Notes: a model not told the origin generated them from the letters alone. Shown: positions 45,155 to 58,576, counted from the first letter of the whole stretch. The stretch is 63,098 nt of DNA, filler included, from Hyphochytrium catenoides (GCA_900088475.1; 7 parts of 7 records of this genome joined end to end with filler, not necessarily neighbours in it); one strand, 5' to 3'. Numbers and translations: made by a program.

Positions 45155-45777
45155 TCTCTCTCCTCTCCTCTCCCCGCTCCTACTCGCTCTCACTCTCCCC
45201 AGATTTTTCTCTAGAGTTTTATCGGGTCTTGAAGTCTCTGTTATGGAAACAGAGCTTTTTCTCGCCCAGATTTGGGTAGATTTATCGGGACTCCAAGTGC
45301 AGATTTCGGGACAGAAAGAGGACGAAGCGCGTGAGAGAGCGAGAGAAAAGGAGAGAGAGAGAGAGAGAGAGAAGGGAGAGAACGAGAGAAAGGGTCGGTC
45401 TGTGACTCTCTCTCCCTGCGTCTGTTCTCCTACTTACAAAGCAAACGGCCTGATCTCTAAGTGCGCGCGGGAAGAGAGAAGGAGAAAGAGAGAGAGAAGA
45501 CGGAAAAGCCAGTCTCCTCTGCCTTGCTTTCTGTCCGCTTCGGTTAGTCTTACTCTCTTCCGTGCCGCTTTCTCTCTCTCCTCTTGGCTATTGTCTTTCC
45601 TTCTCTGTCACTCTTCTCTCTCTCTCTTTGTCTCCGTCTCTCTCTCTCTCTCTCTCTGTTGTCATTGTCACCATATGTCCTCTTTCTGTGGCTCCTCTTC
45701 TGTCTCTTCCTCTCTCTTTACTTCTCTCGCCCTTTATCTTCCGCTTGATGTGCCTCTGTGTATCTCTCTCTCTCTTT

Positions 45778-45828
<51 letters not shown>

Positions 45829-45950
45829 AAGCCAGTGCCCATACTGATTCCCGGTCTCTCTCTCTCTTTCCATCACTCTTTTGGCCAAGGCAGATTGCTC
45901 AGCTGGGCTCTGAACGGATGGGAGTGATGCTTTGAAATATGGTAAGAGCA

Positions 45951-45982
<32 letters not shown>

Positions 45983-46330
45983 GAGAAAAGAAGAGCAAGA
46001 GCGAGAGCGAGAGAGAAAAGAAAGAGAGAAAGTAGGAGAGAGAAAGAGGACAAAGGAGAGAGAGACCGCGAAACCATTCCCCTTTAAAACAGCGTTTTCG
46101 TCGCTACATAGAGATGCCATCCATTTACTTCTCTCTCTCTCTCTCTCTCNNNNNNNNNNNNNNNNNNNNNNNNNNNNNNNNNNNNNNNNNNNNTTAATTA
46201 ATTAANNNNNNNNNNNNNNNNNNNNNNNNNNNNNNNNNNNNNNNNNNNNTCTACCTTTGACTCTAGCCATAAGATCCGTCATTCTTCCCACAGTCGCTGG
46301 ATACGCTAACCTAGAAAAAACTTGGTGTAG

Positions 46331-48618
46331 GACGGACTGTCGAAGCATATCTTCTCCATTGGGAAGTATTCTTCACTGCTGGAGCACGAGAATAACTACT
46401 TGAGCGACATGCTCGTGAAGGAGAAGAAGATGTCGGAGCAACTCCGGGAGCAGTTAGTAGATTATGAAATGTGCCTTGACCTAGAGGAGGAGGAGCTGGA
46501 CGAGGCACTTGAAGAAAACGAAGACAAAACAGCCCAAGCATCCTCAAACAGTAACTCAGAGGAGGATGACTCCGGCAGTGTGAGAACTACCCAGACCACG
46601 CTAGATACCATCACAGTTCGAGAAGCGGCTGGAGAGAAGGGAGGGCTTTCGGAGCAAACGTTAAAGGTGGAGATTCGTGCCACTGAGCATGAGGTCTCCC
46701 CGGTAAGCCCTGTAATTGTAGAGGTTTCGCTGTGATCCGATACTTCTGCTACCACCCAATTCTTCGCTGGTGTACTATCTTTTTGTCTCTCCTCATCCAA
46801 GCACTCTTTGCATTCTGGCGTGAGAGCATTAATCGTTCTCGTGGGGTCCTTATGGCGGCGGAATCTCAGTTGCAATTCTCATGCGAACGCTCTCCTCGTC
46901 AATAGGTTATGAGCTTTGCAATGCAGCACCTTCCCGGCGTTTCAGCCGGTCAACCAGCTTCCCAAACGACAGGGCTCTATGTCTCAGGCGAAGCTAGCGG
47001 TCTTGAGAGGTCATCTGTACCCTCACTGAACCTGAGTGAGGGTGATAGAGCATTAGTAGGGGACCTCGTGGAAGCTCACAGAGCAGCTCAAGTACAAGCC
47101 GAGCGCCTAGCTGAGGAGCAGATGTCAAGACACCTGGTCCAGCATGAGTTAACTCCACTGGAGAAGCAGCGTGCACTTCAGGAGGAGATTGCCAAAGCAG
47201 CTCCATCCCTCTCGTTACATCATCCTTGTCACCAAGCAAAAGAAGTAGCTCCCGCTATTCAAGGTCATCAAACCTTATCGCAGACGGGGCCTCAGCTCCC
47301 GCTGCCGCATGCTCAGCAGCAGAACCTTCATCCACTTCAAGTGCAACAACATATTCAGGCCGGCCAGATGCAGGTACAGCACAACCAACACCAACACCAG
47401 GTCCTCCCACAATCCCAACAACAACTGATGGGTCAAAGACAACACCCGAATGTATTACAGATCCAGACCCAAATGGCACAGCAGCAGCAACCGCAGCTGA
47501 CCCCAACGCAGCAGCAGATGTCCCACTTCAATGTGTCCCAGAGGCCGCCATCTGGGCCAATATCTGCTCCAGCCTCCGTGGCTAGCTCTCCTGCCGCGCA
47601 AACTGTTTCCTCCTCCAGGAAACCAGCACCTCCTCGGTCCTTGAACCTTGCGACTTTAGATGAGCTTGTGAGGAAACAGCTTGAAATTGAAGTGCAGTCC
47701 ACTGCAGCTCGAGGCGGCAAGGCCCTTGGGGCCACTTCAGGGAATGGTCTAGCCGAGACTTTTCATCAGGGTCCATCTGTCAGCCTGGAGTCAATGCGGC
47801 AGCAACAGCAGCAAATGATGCAGCAACACGCTCAATGGAGTCCAGCCATGCGAACTCATCCTTGTATTAACACAAATGGTGGCAATCTTGAGGATGAAAT
47901 GACGGTGAACTATCCTCATCCCCCTTCCACGTCGCCGGTACTTCATCCCCATCCTCCTACTCGAATGCAATCAGGTACCTGCCAAACTCTGCCTCTGGCC
48001 GTCACATTCTTCTGACTCTTACCTGTTGCAGCTCCTTCCCACATAGACGCAAACAACCCTTCCATAAAGAATGAGCGGCGATACTCCCTTCCAGTAAACT
48101 ACACCCAGGGAACGTCGTCAAACTTTTCCGCTTCGCCAGCCTCGGCTGCCGGCAGGCCTGCTGCGGAGCCTTCTGCTCAGTCAAACGTAAGCACTGCTAC
48201 TCTCCTTCAGTTTCCACTGTGCACAGCGTAGAACAGCTTCTTAAGATGGTCGCGCTAATCTCTGACATCATCTTCAACTCCATCGATTATGGGACAGCAA
48301 CCGATTCCCCATGTCCAGGGTGTCGTCCCAGGCTCTAGTGGTCTGACATCCGATGGAGTGCCGGTGGTCTCTCGCAGAAGCAGCTATAACATCCCTCCAC
48401 CTCCAGGACCAGGGACCAAGGTCATTCGGGGCCAATCAGGTAGACGGCTTTCTACACCCAGCGCACACACAGGACTCCTCAAATTGCCCTTCTCTCCTTG
48501 TCTGTTAGGCGGGCGTCCTCCCATCCCTATCCCAACGGCAACTCCATCTGGTCAGCGGCAATCTACAAGTGGTCCTGGGCAAGTTTCTCAGGGATGGGAG
48601 TTCAGGCCTCAAAGCTAA
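46331..48618 (+). CDS. Uncharacterised coiled-coil/acidic plus Gln/Pro/Ser-rich protein (partial, short introns)
   Basis: Acceptor at 46330, exon DGLSKHIFS..EQLREQLVDYE..EEEELDEALEE..HEVSP|gtaagc, a ~1.07-kb Q-rich exon from 46906, then smaller exons. No recognisable domain; 3' end approximate. Confidence 0.55.
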
Positions 48619-49545
48619 AACTGGAGGAAGTCTTTGGAGGAACAAGGATATCTCCTACCTTATTTAGCTTTCATTTTTAGATGTGGAAGGACAAGGAGAG
48701 ACGTGGGACTCTCTTTTACGGCTATCACAAACCTGTGGTGCTGTTTGCGCGCTGTTCTCTCTAGTCCTTGAGGATCAAGGCGTTGTACATAAACTTCAGA
48801 AAGTTTAGGCTGAGTCCCTCAACAACGTGTATTGATTCGAGAGGTGCTATCTGTCCGCACTCATGTGTACGCTCTGGCACCTTGTCTTGGTTGTAGCCGC
48901 ACTCTCTCTGATCTTGTCCGTCAGGTTGGACAGTTTCACCGTGGTCAGCATGCCCTGTGACGACAACCGTGTGAATTCAAGGTATCCAAATCAAGAGAAG
49001 ATGACCCTGTCGCGCAGCAAGCCGACCTGGTACCACGATCAGTACCATACCATCCTTGACACTATTACTATAGTGTGGGAGGAGCTCGTTCCCCTCGTTG
49101 CCAAGCAGTGAAGTCGCAGTGCTGGAGTTCCGTTTGTTTCGTACAGGCAGTACCCCATTGGCAGTCCTGGTCAGAGGAATGGATTTGTTTGGTTCGGTCA
49201 TTGAGTTCCCGATTGTATATTCCGCAGTTAGGTTGCCGTGACCTCGAGAATGAAGCCCTGCATTTGGGCTCAAGGCATCCCATGCACCCGAAGAGGAAGT
49301 TGAACTGNNNNNNNNNNNNNNNNNNNNNNNNNNNNNNNNNNNNNNNNNNNNTTAATTAATTAANNNNNNNNNNNNNNNNNNNNNNNNNNNNNNNNNNNNN
49401 NNNNNNNACATAAGCTCCACTCCCAATCTCTTCTCGCCGCCCCGTATCACGCGCTTGCTTGTCTCTTTCTTGCACTTACGGCGATGTATATCCACTCTTT
49501 CCTCTTTTGGGCCGACTTTGTCTGATAAGTTCGTCGATTCTTTAG

Positions 49546-50465
49546 TCTGTCATAGCGCTAGCAGCGAAGTCGCACAATGTCCCAGTAATCTTCTGCTGTG
49601 AGACGTACAAGGTAAGAGAGAACTTCCGTGCTCTTCATCGGACTCTCTCTTTCTTCCTCCCTTTTCTCACTTGCCTTCTGCTTCAATGTTCAGAATGATC
49701 AGAGAGAGGCAACTTTCTCTTCCTTTGCCACCATCTGTCGGCGCGCCTCTTTCCTTCGTCGTGTGTGTTCTCCTTACAGGATCGTTCCACAATTCTGAAA
49801 GTTGTCTACAGCTCTCTTGATCATTTCTTCCTGCTCTTTCTACTTCTTTTCTGCCTTGGCGGCCCGCCGCTCACTCCTTCTCTGTCTCCCTGTCTCTCTA
49901 TATCAAAGTTTGAATGCTAACCTAACGCTTCCATTCTCTCGGTGTGCGACAGTTTACCGAGAGAGTGCAGTTGGATTCCATTGTCCATAATGAGCTGGGG
50001 GATCCGGATGATCTGGTAGCTGTAGGAGCGAACTCTGGAGAAGTCTTAGGCGATTGGAGAGATATACAGAGGTGGGAATGTTTGGTGCTTCTCAATCTCC
50101 TCTCGTTCGTCTCCCCTAGACGTACTCTCTCTTTCTCTCTGTCTTAGATCAGCCTCTGTATGACCGTCCCACTTTTCATTAGCAGGAGACTCTCTCTCTC
50201 CTCTGCTCTGCAGCTGTCGTTTCTCCTGCTTGATCCTTAGCTTCTTCCCTCTTTTTAATAATTGCTTCTTCTCTCCCTCTGTCTCTTCTCCTTCTCTTCT
50301 CTCCTCTTAATTCCCTGCAGCTTGAAGCTCTTGAACCTGGTCTACGACCTCACTCCCAGCAGTTTTGTCTCTTTGGTGGTGACTGAGGTTGGGCTCACGC
50401 CCACCACTGCGGTCCCTGTGCTGATCAGAGAGTACTCGAGAGAGATGGGCCAAGCAAGATACTAG
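49546..50465 (+). CDS. EIF2B4: Translation initiation factor eIF2B delta subunit, C-terminal exons
   Basis: SVIALAAKSHNVPVIFCCETYK|FTERVQLDSIVHNELGDPDDLV..|LKLLNLVYDLTPSSFVSLVVTEVGLTPTTAVPVLIRE..* matches the eIF2B-delta/Gcd2 C-terminus. Confidence 0.92.
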
Positions 50466-51018
50466 ATGGGCGATGATCCTAACATTATATCAGCTCCTGT
50501 TGAAGGAGAGACAAAAGAGAGAGAGAGAAAGAGGGAGAGAGAGAGAGAGAGAATATAGAGTAAGGCTAGAGGCACACTGCGGGAACTGAGGGATAGGGAA
50601 AGAACGTGTGTCCAGCCGCTCCTCCGCTATCTATTGTCCAGTCTGCGTACAACTCTCAGCCATCATGATGTCAGGGGAGGCCTCAATGAGGAGAGAGAGA
50701 GGAAAGAGCAGCTGAGCCGGAGCTACTGTGAGGAAGGAAGGTGTTGGGTCTAATAAGAGCTCAAGCTCAAGAGAGAAAGTGGGGTCTATCTCTCTCTCTC
50801 TCTCTCTCTCTCTTGCTTTGGCCACTACCGAAGGGGAATGTCATCCTCTTTGTTACAAATATATAATATAACCTGGAAAAGGAGAGAGAAAGTCTAAGGC
50901 AACCCCTTCAAGAGCTCCAGTCCCTCATGACTTTTCAGCTCTTCTGTCTCTTGGTCTCTCTCTTTCTCTTCTTCCAATCTTTCCTCCTCAGTGCCTCCGC
51001 TCCCTCCCTCAGCATGAC

Positions 51019-51977
51019 CTATAGTATGTTGCAGCACGGCATCTCATCTCCATAGGGAGCGTCGTTGTTTAGATAGCCGCAGGCTCGGCATCTGGCGCAA
51101 GAGGGAGCGACGGAGAGATAAAGGTCAACAGGGATAAAGCGAAGAGAGAGGCAGAGAAAGAGAGGGAGAGAGAGTAGTCTGGTCGAATGAACTAATACAA
51201 AGAGATAAATGAAGAGAGAGAGAGAGTGTGTGTCTGCCATATCGCAGCAAGGGTTCAGGTTTCAACTGAGGGATGGGCTCTCGCCAGCAGAGAGACGATG
51301 CGACACGTAACGCGAGTATATAGGAAAGGGTAGGGAGAATCTCAGGACAACGCGACAAGAGACGAGGGACGCGCAACTTGAAGGGAAAGGGTGTTGAGTG
51401 AGTGATGAAAAGAGAGAGTGAGGGCGAGAGAGAGAAAGAAAGACGAGAGAGAGGAAAGATAGAAAGAGAGAGAGAACGAAAGGNNNNNNNNNNNNNNNNN
51501 NNNNNNNNNNNNNNNNNNNNNNNNGAGAGAGAGAGAGAGAGAGAAAGAGAGAAAGAGAGAGAGAGAGAGAGAAAAAGAGAGAGAGAGCGCGCGCGCGCGC
51601 GAGAGAGAGAGAGCGCAATAAGCAAGAACAAAGAGTTGGGTTAACGCTCACCTAAATGAGTCAGCGCCTTGAGGAAGAGGATAGGGCGCGTTACATCGCT
51701 TACAGAGCGCATTCCCTTGCGCATCTCTCATCAGGCCGTGCACGGGGACAGGCTGCACGATATACACTTGCTGAGCCTGGGGCTGGCCCACTGCGTTGGC
51801 CACATACACAGGCTGTTGACCCTGAGGCGGCGGCATATACTGCGCGGGCGGGTATGAAGGCGCGTATTGCGCTTGGGCATAGGGCGCGGCTCCAGGCTGG
51901 GCGACTGGCTCGGCGGTGTAGGTGTACGGAGGAGCAGCGCTGCCGCCGGAGTTGGTGCCTTTCTCTTCCTTTGACAT
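51019..51977 (-). CDS. Small Pro/Gln/Tyr-rich protein with an LSD1-type zinc finger and C-terminal CaaX
   Basis: Exons 51977-51652 and 51091-51019 give MSKEEKG..APPYTY..YPPAQYMPPPQGQQPVYV..CKRCNAPYPLPQGADSFR|CRACGYLNNDAPYGDEMPCCNIL*. Confidence 0.8.
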
Positions 51978-52425
51978 GCTGATCGGATGAGCAAGGAGGC
52001 AAGAGGGAGAGACACACAGAGAGTGAGAAGAGAAAGAGAGAGAATGAGAGAGAAGCTTATTAGAGAGAGAAGGACAGGCGGCAAAGGATCTAAGGAACGG
52101 ACGATTGCAGCGGATGGTAGCTCTCTGGGGCAAGCAAGCAAGCGCATGAAGGTTCGCCGCAGCTCTTGGTCGGGGTCGTCCCTGCGCCACACAGAGCGGA
52201 CAAGAGAGACTTTTATCAGAGAAGAGAGGACACAGAAACGGAGAAAGAGAGACGGAAAGAGAAAGCAGAGAGAGAGGAGGAAAAGAGTGTGAGGGAAACA
52301 CACACAGAAAGAGAGAGGAAGGGGGCAATGGAAGACAGAGAGAGGGGTGGTACGGCGCGACAGAGAGAGAAAGAGAGAGAGCAAAGAAAGAGAAAGAGAG
52401 AGAGAAAGGAAGAGAGAAAGGAAGA

Positions 52426-52462
<37 letters not shown>

Positions 52463-53182
52463 GGAAAGAGGAGGGGGGGAGAGAGAGGGAGAGAGGGAGA
52501 GAGAGAGAGAGAGAGAGAGAAGAGAGAGATCAGAATGTGCATGCCGCCCATCTCTCCCATTGATCTCTAACTGGTCTCCATGTATCTCTTCACCCATTTC
52601 TCTAAGCCATTACGCTGTACTTCTGTCCACTCTTTCTTTCAGAAACCCCTTACAGTAATTTGAGCTTGTGGTAGCCGTTACTGGCCTTTCGTTGTATTGT
52701 CGTTAACGGCTAGTCTAGAGGGCTTGCACTTGAAGCGACGCAAGTGAAAGAGAGAGAGACGCATTCTAGAGAAAGAGAGAGAGAGANNNNNNNNNNNNNN
52801 NNNNNNNNNNNNNNNNAGAGAGAGAGAGAGAGAGAGTCGAGACGGGAAAAACTGAAAGGATGCCCATGGAATCAACATTCCGCAGCATCGGACCAGCAGA
52901 CCTGAAGCTTTCGTCAGAGCTTACGCAGATTTGGAGCTTTCCTTCGCTTCGCCGCCGCTTCTAAGGAGATCTAGGGCACCGGCCCTGCGTTGTAGAGAGA
53001 GCTCTCAGTTATAGGACAGAGGTGTGACCAGCTTCCTTGCCGCTTAGAAAGACCGTCACGAGAGTGAAATAAACTTGCTCGCGTGGTGCGCTGGCTCCAG
53101 CCTAGCTATCTTAAATCAAAGCCTGAGCCCAAAGCTCTAGGACTGCGAGGTCCACGGCGCAATAGCGTCACAGGTAGTCATT

Positions 53183-53593
53183 ATGAACAATGACAGCAAG
53201 AACCCTGCGGAGGGCGCCAATGATCCAGCGACCCAAGAACAGAAGCTGCCGCCGTGCAAGCTCAAGGTGCTGAGCTCCAACTTCAAAGATGACATGTTTG
53301 AAGCCGTGAGTCCTTAATCAAGAGCCTGCTTCTCTCAGTCGCCTACATTCTTAACCTTTCTTTATGGACTTCCCCTGCAGGCAGTGGCTGTCTCAAGAAA
53401 GGCTCTGGCTGAGTGCAAAATAGAGAAAGACGTGGCTACCACGGTCAAGAAGGCCTTTGATGAGAAGTTTGACCAGACGTGGCAGTGCATCGTTGGGAAG
53501 CGCTTCGGATGCTCAGTGACTCACGACACGAGCTACCTCCTCTTCATGCAGATTGACCAAACCTTCGTCTTACTCTTCAAGTCTCACGAGTAA
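53183..53593 (+). CDS. Dynein light chain, LC8/type-1 family
   Basis: Exons 53183-53305 and 53381-53593: ..SNFKDDMFEA|AVAVSRKALAECKIEKDVATTVKKAFDEKFDQTWQCIVGKRFGCSVTH..VLLFKS.. (IEKD.A..KK.FD, W.CIVG..FG..VTH motifs). Confidence 0.93.
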
Positions 53594-53965
53594 GCCCTTG
53601 CTCTGGGCCACAGCGGCGCAGCTCTACGTGCTTCAAAGGGGTCTACCGTGGTGATCTGCATATGAGCAGTAGGGAAGGAGGGCTTCCAAGGCCGTGACAG
53701 AGAGTAGAAATGTGGCTTGCGTCTCTCCCTCTTAGTGTTCCACTTATTATTGTTCGTAGATCTAAAGCTTCATCAAACATCACAGGCCATCGACTCTGCC
53801 TTGAGATCCTCGGACATCTCTGCCCCGTTTCCCTATTATACTGCTGAGCTCTTTAACCTCTTTCTTCGCTTGGCCGCGCAGTCGGTCTCCAATGGAGAGA
53901 GCACAGCGCGATAGCAAGTGGACACTGACATAGAAAGTTGGGCTCCCGCATCGGCCAGAAGGCCT

Positions 53966-56054
53966 TTAGCGGAAGATAACGTCCTCGTCCGCATCAGCAC
54001 CAAAGTCCTCCAGGATATTCTTCTCAGGCAGTTTTGGGCTCTCAAGACCCGCAAAAGCGTCTGCTTGCTGAGCATTATTACTCGCGTTCTCGTCCGCCTT
54101 CTTCATCTCCGCCTTGACCTTCTCAGTCTTCTTGGACTGCACCTTCTTTAGTCTGTGCGGGCGGGAGCAATAGCGCAAAGCAAGAAGCTGGTTAGCGGGA
54201 AAACCATAGCACTTTGGGAGAAGAGAGAAGAAGAATGGCTCGCTTTGCACCTCGTGAAGTCTTCTCTTTCCAGCTCATCGAGCTCCCTGGTGATATAGTT
54301 GATTGTGTTCTCTATCCTAGGGATGGTCACCTGGTGGAGAGGAACGCAGCAGATAGCATCGGATTCAGCAGCGCATGCTAACTTTATGTGCCCAGACGAC
54401 CAAACAACTGGGAAAGAGAACTGACGAAAAAATCTAGCGGCCATTCTCTCTAAGGGAGGATTCGCAGCCTAAGTAGGAGTGGCTAAGGGAAAGAAGCGAT
54501 GCCGAGGTCAGGAAGGAACTGTGATGAAAGATCGAGAGCACGAGCTTTGACATCACAGTAGGAGGCTAGGCATGCATTCATTCAGATGGGCCTTCCTTAC
54601 ATTCTCCAACGCATTTACACGGCGATTTGTGACTTTCAGCGCCTCATCAAGCGTGAGAAAGGAGGTCTGAGGGGAGAAGAGCCACACAGGTTGCACGCTT
54701 AGTAGTACACGACAGTAGCGGCAGAGCTGATCAGGAGCCAACGGTGGGAATGAAGTTTCGCCCAATCTTAGCGCACGGTAGAGAAGAACTAGAGGGACAG
54801 TAGAGCAGAGAGAAAATGGACAAAAGCAAGCTACGGAGCAGAAAGGAGAGGACCACTGAAGGAGAGGCTCCTACGGAGGAAACCCAAATGGCGAGAGAAG
54901 CGCTGTCTATATAGGCAAGGTGCAAGCAGGGGCCAAGCATACCTGCAAGGATGCAAGCTTGATGAGGACAGAAAGAAGGGCGCGGAACTTTTCTCTGCAC
55001 TGCTGGATCTTTCCTCCTCCTGCTGAGAGTCCAAGATTTCTGTCTTCTTGCCCACTCTCCATCTGTTTGAAAACTGGGAGCTTGACTCCCGCCACGTTGT
55101 CGATCCGGTTCTCCACACGGATCTGCGCTGTGTGAGAGTCCTCCAAGACTTGACTCCTAAGAGCCAGAGTGACGACACGGTCAGTGAGCGAAAAAGTATG
55201 GCAGGAGTGAACCCAGGAGACCCACGCGATGGACACTGCTCAGGGCTTAAACAGCCCAATAGACGTAGGGAAAGGGAAGGGGGGAGGGGCCCACAGAGAA
55301 GAACAAGCGGACAGACATCAACTGCAAAGGTGAAGGCGACAACAGTGTGAGAGTCAAAGGGAGACGACATGTAGATGAAGAGAGATAGCTGGTGAATGGG
55401 AGGAGAGAGGAAAAGCCCAGAGAAGAGGCGCTAGGCACCTGAAGTCTCCTGCAGCATAAATAGCTTGTGACAGAGAAAAGAAGGCATCTGCTGCTTGCTG
55501 ACTCATTCCCATCTTTAGCTGCGGAGATGTGGAGGAAGCGATGGCACCATCGAGAGAATAGAAGTTAGGCTTTGAAGATAGCTAAAGCGTGATATAGCCA
55601 AGAGAGACAGAGAGAGCTCCGGAGGATTCCTGCGAGCCTGAGCAGCACTCACTTTCTTGATCTCTTTGAGGAGTGCTTGGAAGCGCATCTTTAAAGCGTC
55701 TGCCTTCTTCTTCAGCAGCTCATAGCCTGGCGGTAGAATGGAAGAGGCATCCGTTAGCTAAGAGTAGAGACTCTGGAGGCAGAAGAATGGCCCGGAAGCT
55801 TAAGGCAGGGGAGGCAATCACTTAGATATTGAGAGAAGAGAGAAAGATATGTCTAGATCCGTAATCAAGTGCAGTCGACAGGCAAGGATCGCATCCTCTG
55901 CTGCAAGGACTCTAACCTTTTTTGGCTCCAACTCGCTTTCCCTTGAACGTGGTCAGGGCCCTGAGATGCAAGCTTTAGGTGAGGCAACGGTGAGAGTGAG
56001 GCTTGCAAAGCTGAAGACGTACATTCTAGTCGGGAACACCTGCTGTTGGGACAT
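53966..56054 (-). CDS. ATP6V1D: V-type H+-ATPase subunit D (8 exons)
   Basis: MSQQQVFPTRM|ALTTFKGKRVGAKKG|YELLKKKADALKMRF..|..DNVAGVKLPVF..LGLSAGGGKIQQCR..LIKLASLQ|TSFLTLDEALKVTNRRVNALEN|VTIPRIENTINYITRELDELEREDFTR|LKKVQ..DEDVIFR*. Confidence 0.97.
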
Positions 56055-56884
56055 CTTGTCCGCTTGTAGATCGTAGCGCTCGACACTGCCTCTTCTACCC
56101 TCTTACGACCCTAACCCGCACGATGTCCTTCACTCAAGCTTTCCGTCTTACCGAAGCTACCTGACTAGCACTCTCCAGGAGACGACAAAGGGTCAGGTTC
56201 AGATGAGGAAGGAAGTCTCTCGACAGCGACCTCTGCCCTCTATCGCTTGTCCTCTGTGCCTTTGTCTGCCCGGCAGTGGGACGAAGAAGAAGGAGGTTTC
56301 CCGATGAGATCTCTGCCCCAACGCTGCTGGCTCAACTTCCACAACAGAAACAGCCAAGATACCGATGTCAGACCTTCGAGAAAGAGTGCCCCTGCTTATC
56401 CGGAAAATAGACTCCCAATAAACCTGTTTCTTTTTTTAGCTTGGAGTCAAATCTCTTATGTTTGAATACCATGAAATCGGACTCCTTTGACTGCAGATAG
56501 GCGCAGAGGCAATGTTGCCAGAATCCGGTAACGGCTTTCTTTGGTCCTGGAACTTGGACGACAATCAAAGTTTTTGGCAGGTTTGGAAGGAAGCTCTGGC
56601 AAAGCTTCTGAAGCTCTTCCAGAGCTCTGGATGAACAGGCCAGAGACTGGGTAATCGACTGCTTCTCTGCAGATCTATCGCGCTTTTGTTCATCGGCGGG
56701 GTTGATCTCAGTGGGAGAGACGGTGTGATCGTGTTCAGTTTATAGACGTTTGTCGGAGGGCAAAGATTCCAAGGGAGAAGAGTGTGATAAGAATTGGAGG
56801 AGGGCGTGGCGTTGAAAGGAAACCTTCGTCAACAGGGCGCTCCGATCTGGCTTTGGGATCTTTGCCACTGTCATAGCAGAGACA

Positions 56885-58576
56885 ATGGACGCCGCGTGGT
56901 CGGAGCCATGTAAGAACGTAATCCTCTGAACTCTTCTCGGTGATCCTCTAGTTAGGTGCTGATCATAGACCAAGAGGCCCATGAACTAGAGGAGAAAAGC
57001 TGATTTGTACCTCCCTCTTCCCTTGCTCCTTTGTAGATGGCAGCCCTTATGGCGCAGAGATTGGGTACGCCCCTGAGCTTGCACATTCGTCCCTCCTATC
57101 TTGTCTGCTCGTGCTCCAGGACAGTTCATCCGTCGTTACGTGCCCCTTTCTTGGCCTCAGTCACGCTCTCAATCGTTCGCAAAGCATCGAGGTACTGAGT
57201 AGCTTACGACGTGCTTTGTCCTAAAGCTATGACATTGAAGGCGATGGCGGGATGATCGGAGAGACCAAACCCCGCATTTTGCTGATGGGACCTCGAAGGT
57301 CTGTGACTCGTGTTGGATGACAGCAGAAGAGAACAGCCTTGACTTCGTGTTGCTCGAGCCAAGCTCTCTATACTGTTCACTATGCTTGTCCTAGAACTAT
57401 CATTCAGTTCCTAGCTCAGGAAACCTCTGTCGCTACTTTCTTTGCATTCTCTCGTCTCATCGTTGTCCGTCGCGTTGTCCGTCGCTCTCTTTCTCTCTAG
57501 CTCTCTTTCTATCCATCTCTGCGTGAAACCATAGCTTTGCTACAATCTCGTCCTCTTCCTCATCGTGTCTTTCTCCATTTCCCGTATGTCTATCTTTTAT
57601 TGGCGGTCTCTCACTTGGCAGGAGTGGCAAGTCCAGCATCCAGAGAGTTGTCTTTCACAAGATGTCACCTCATGAAACTCTCTTTCTGGAGAGCACGAAC
57701 AGTCTGGACATCAAATTCATTGCCAATAATAACTTCGTCCAATTCCAGATATGGGACTTTCCAGGAGACTATGACTTCCATGGTAAGGGAGATTATCGGG
57801 GGACATTGTAACACTCTTCTCAGGCTCTCCTTGCTCAGATGCTGGGTCTTACCCTGTTTTCTGGTCTATCATTTCCATCAGTCGGAGCTGGTTAAGTCCC
57901 TTGTTTAGCCTTGAGACATGTCTCCACCTTCTTTGCCATCACCGCCCCATCCTGAGACTGTCACACCCTCTTCTCTAACAGTCTCTGTCTCTCTTTCGTT
58001 CTGCCTTTTTTGAACTTCCGTCGTCTCTCTTTCTAATCTTCTCTCTCCTTTTCTCAATCGAAAGATGAACTCATCTACGCCGGCCAGCCGGTGACAGAGG
58101 AAATGATCTTTTCCAACTCGGGGGCGTTAGTCTTCGTCATAGATGCGCAGGTGCCCATACATCTCTTCGCCAAGGCTGAGCATACACTTAGTTCACTTCT
58201 TAGCCGATCTCCTTCGTTTCTGCTTGAATCAATTGCTAAAATCTCCGCTAGTCACTGGGCGCAGGCTGGCTTCGACTCCTGTTATCCTCAACCCTCCACC
58301 CTCTTCTGCCCTCCTCTTTGGCTATGCTAGCCCTTCCATTTGTCCTCCGTTTGGGAGTGCGGAGATCTTCATCTGGTTATAGTGTCGTTGTGCTTCTACA
58401 GTCTCTCACATGTCTTCGCCATTGCAAACGCATGTAACAGGACAAACCTTACTCTGACGCCCTTCAAAGGTTAGTATACATCGCTCAGCGGGCGCATCGG
58501 TATAACCCAGACATCTTTCTTGAGGTCTTCATCCACAAAGTAGACGGAGATTTCTTGTCCGATGATCACAAGCTCG
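56885..58576 (+). CDS. Rag GTPase RagC/D (Gtr2 orthologue), 3'-truncated
   Basis: [11 protein letters not shown]|[38 protein letters not shown]..|..[10 protein letters not shown]|[22 protein letters not shown]. The first two micro-exons (MDAAWSEP|[10 protein letters not shown]|) are inferred from splice phase. Confidence 0.95.

Noticed and set aside
48860-49307. Minus-strand exon fragment (..WDALSPNAGLHSRG..)
   Set aside because: Possibly the 3' part of a gene, but it has no motif or secure splice structure.
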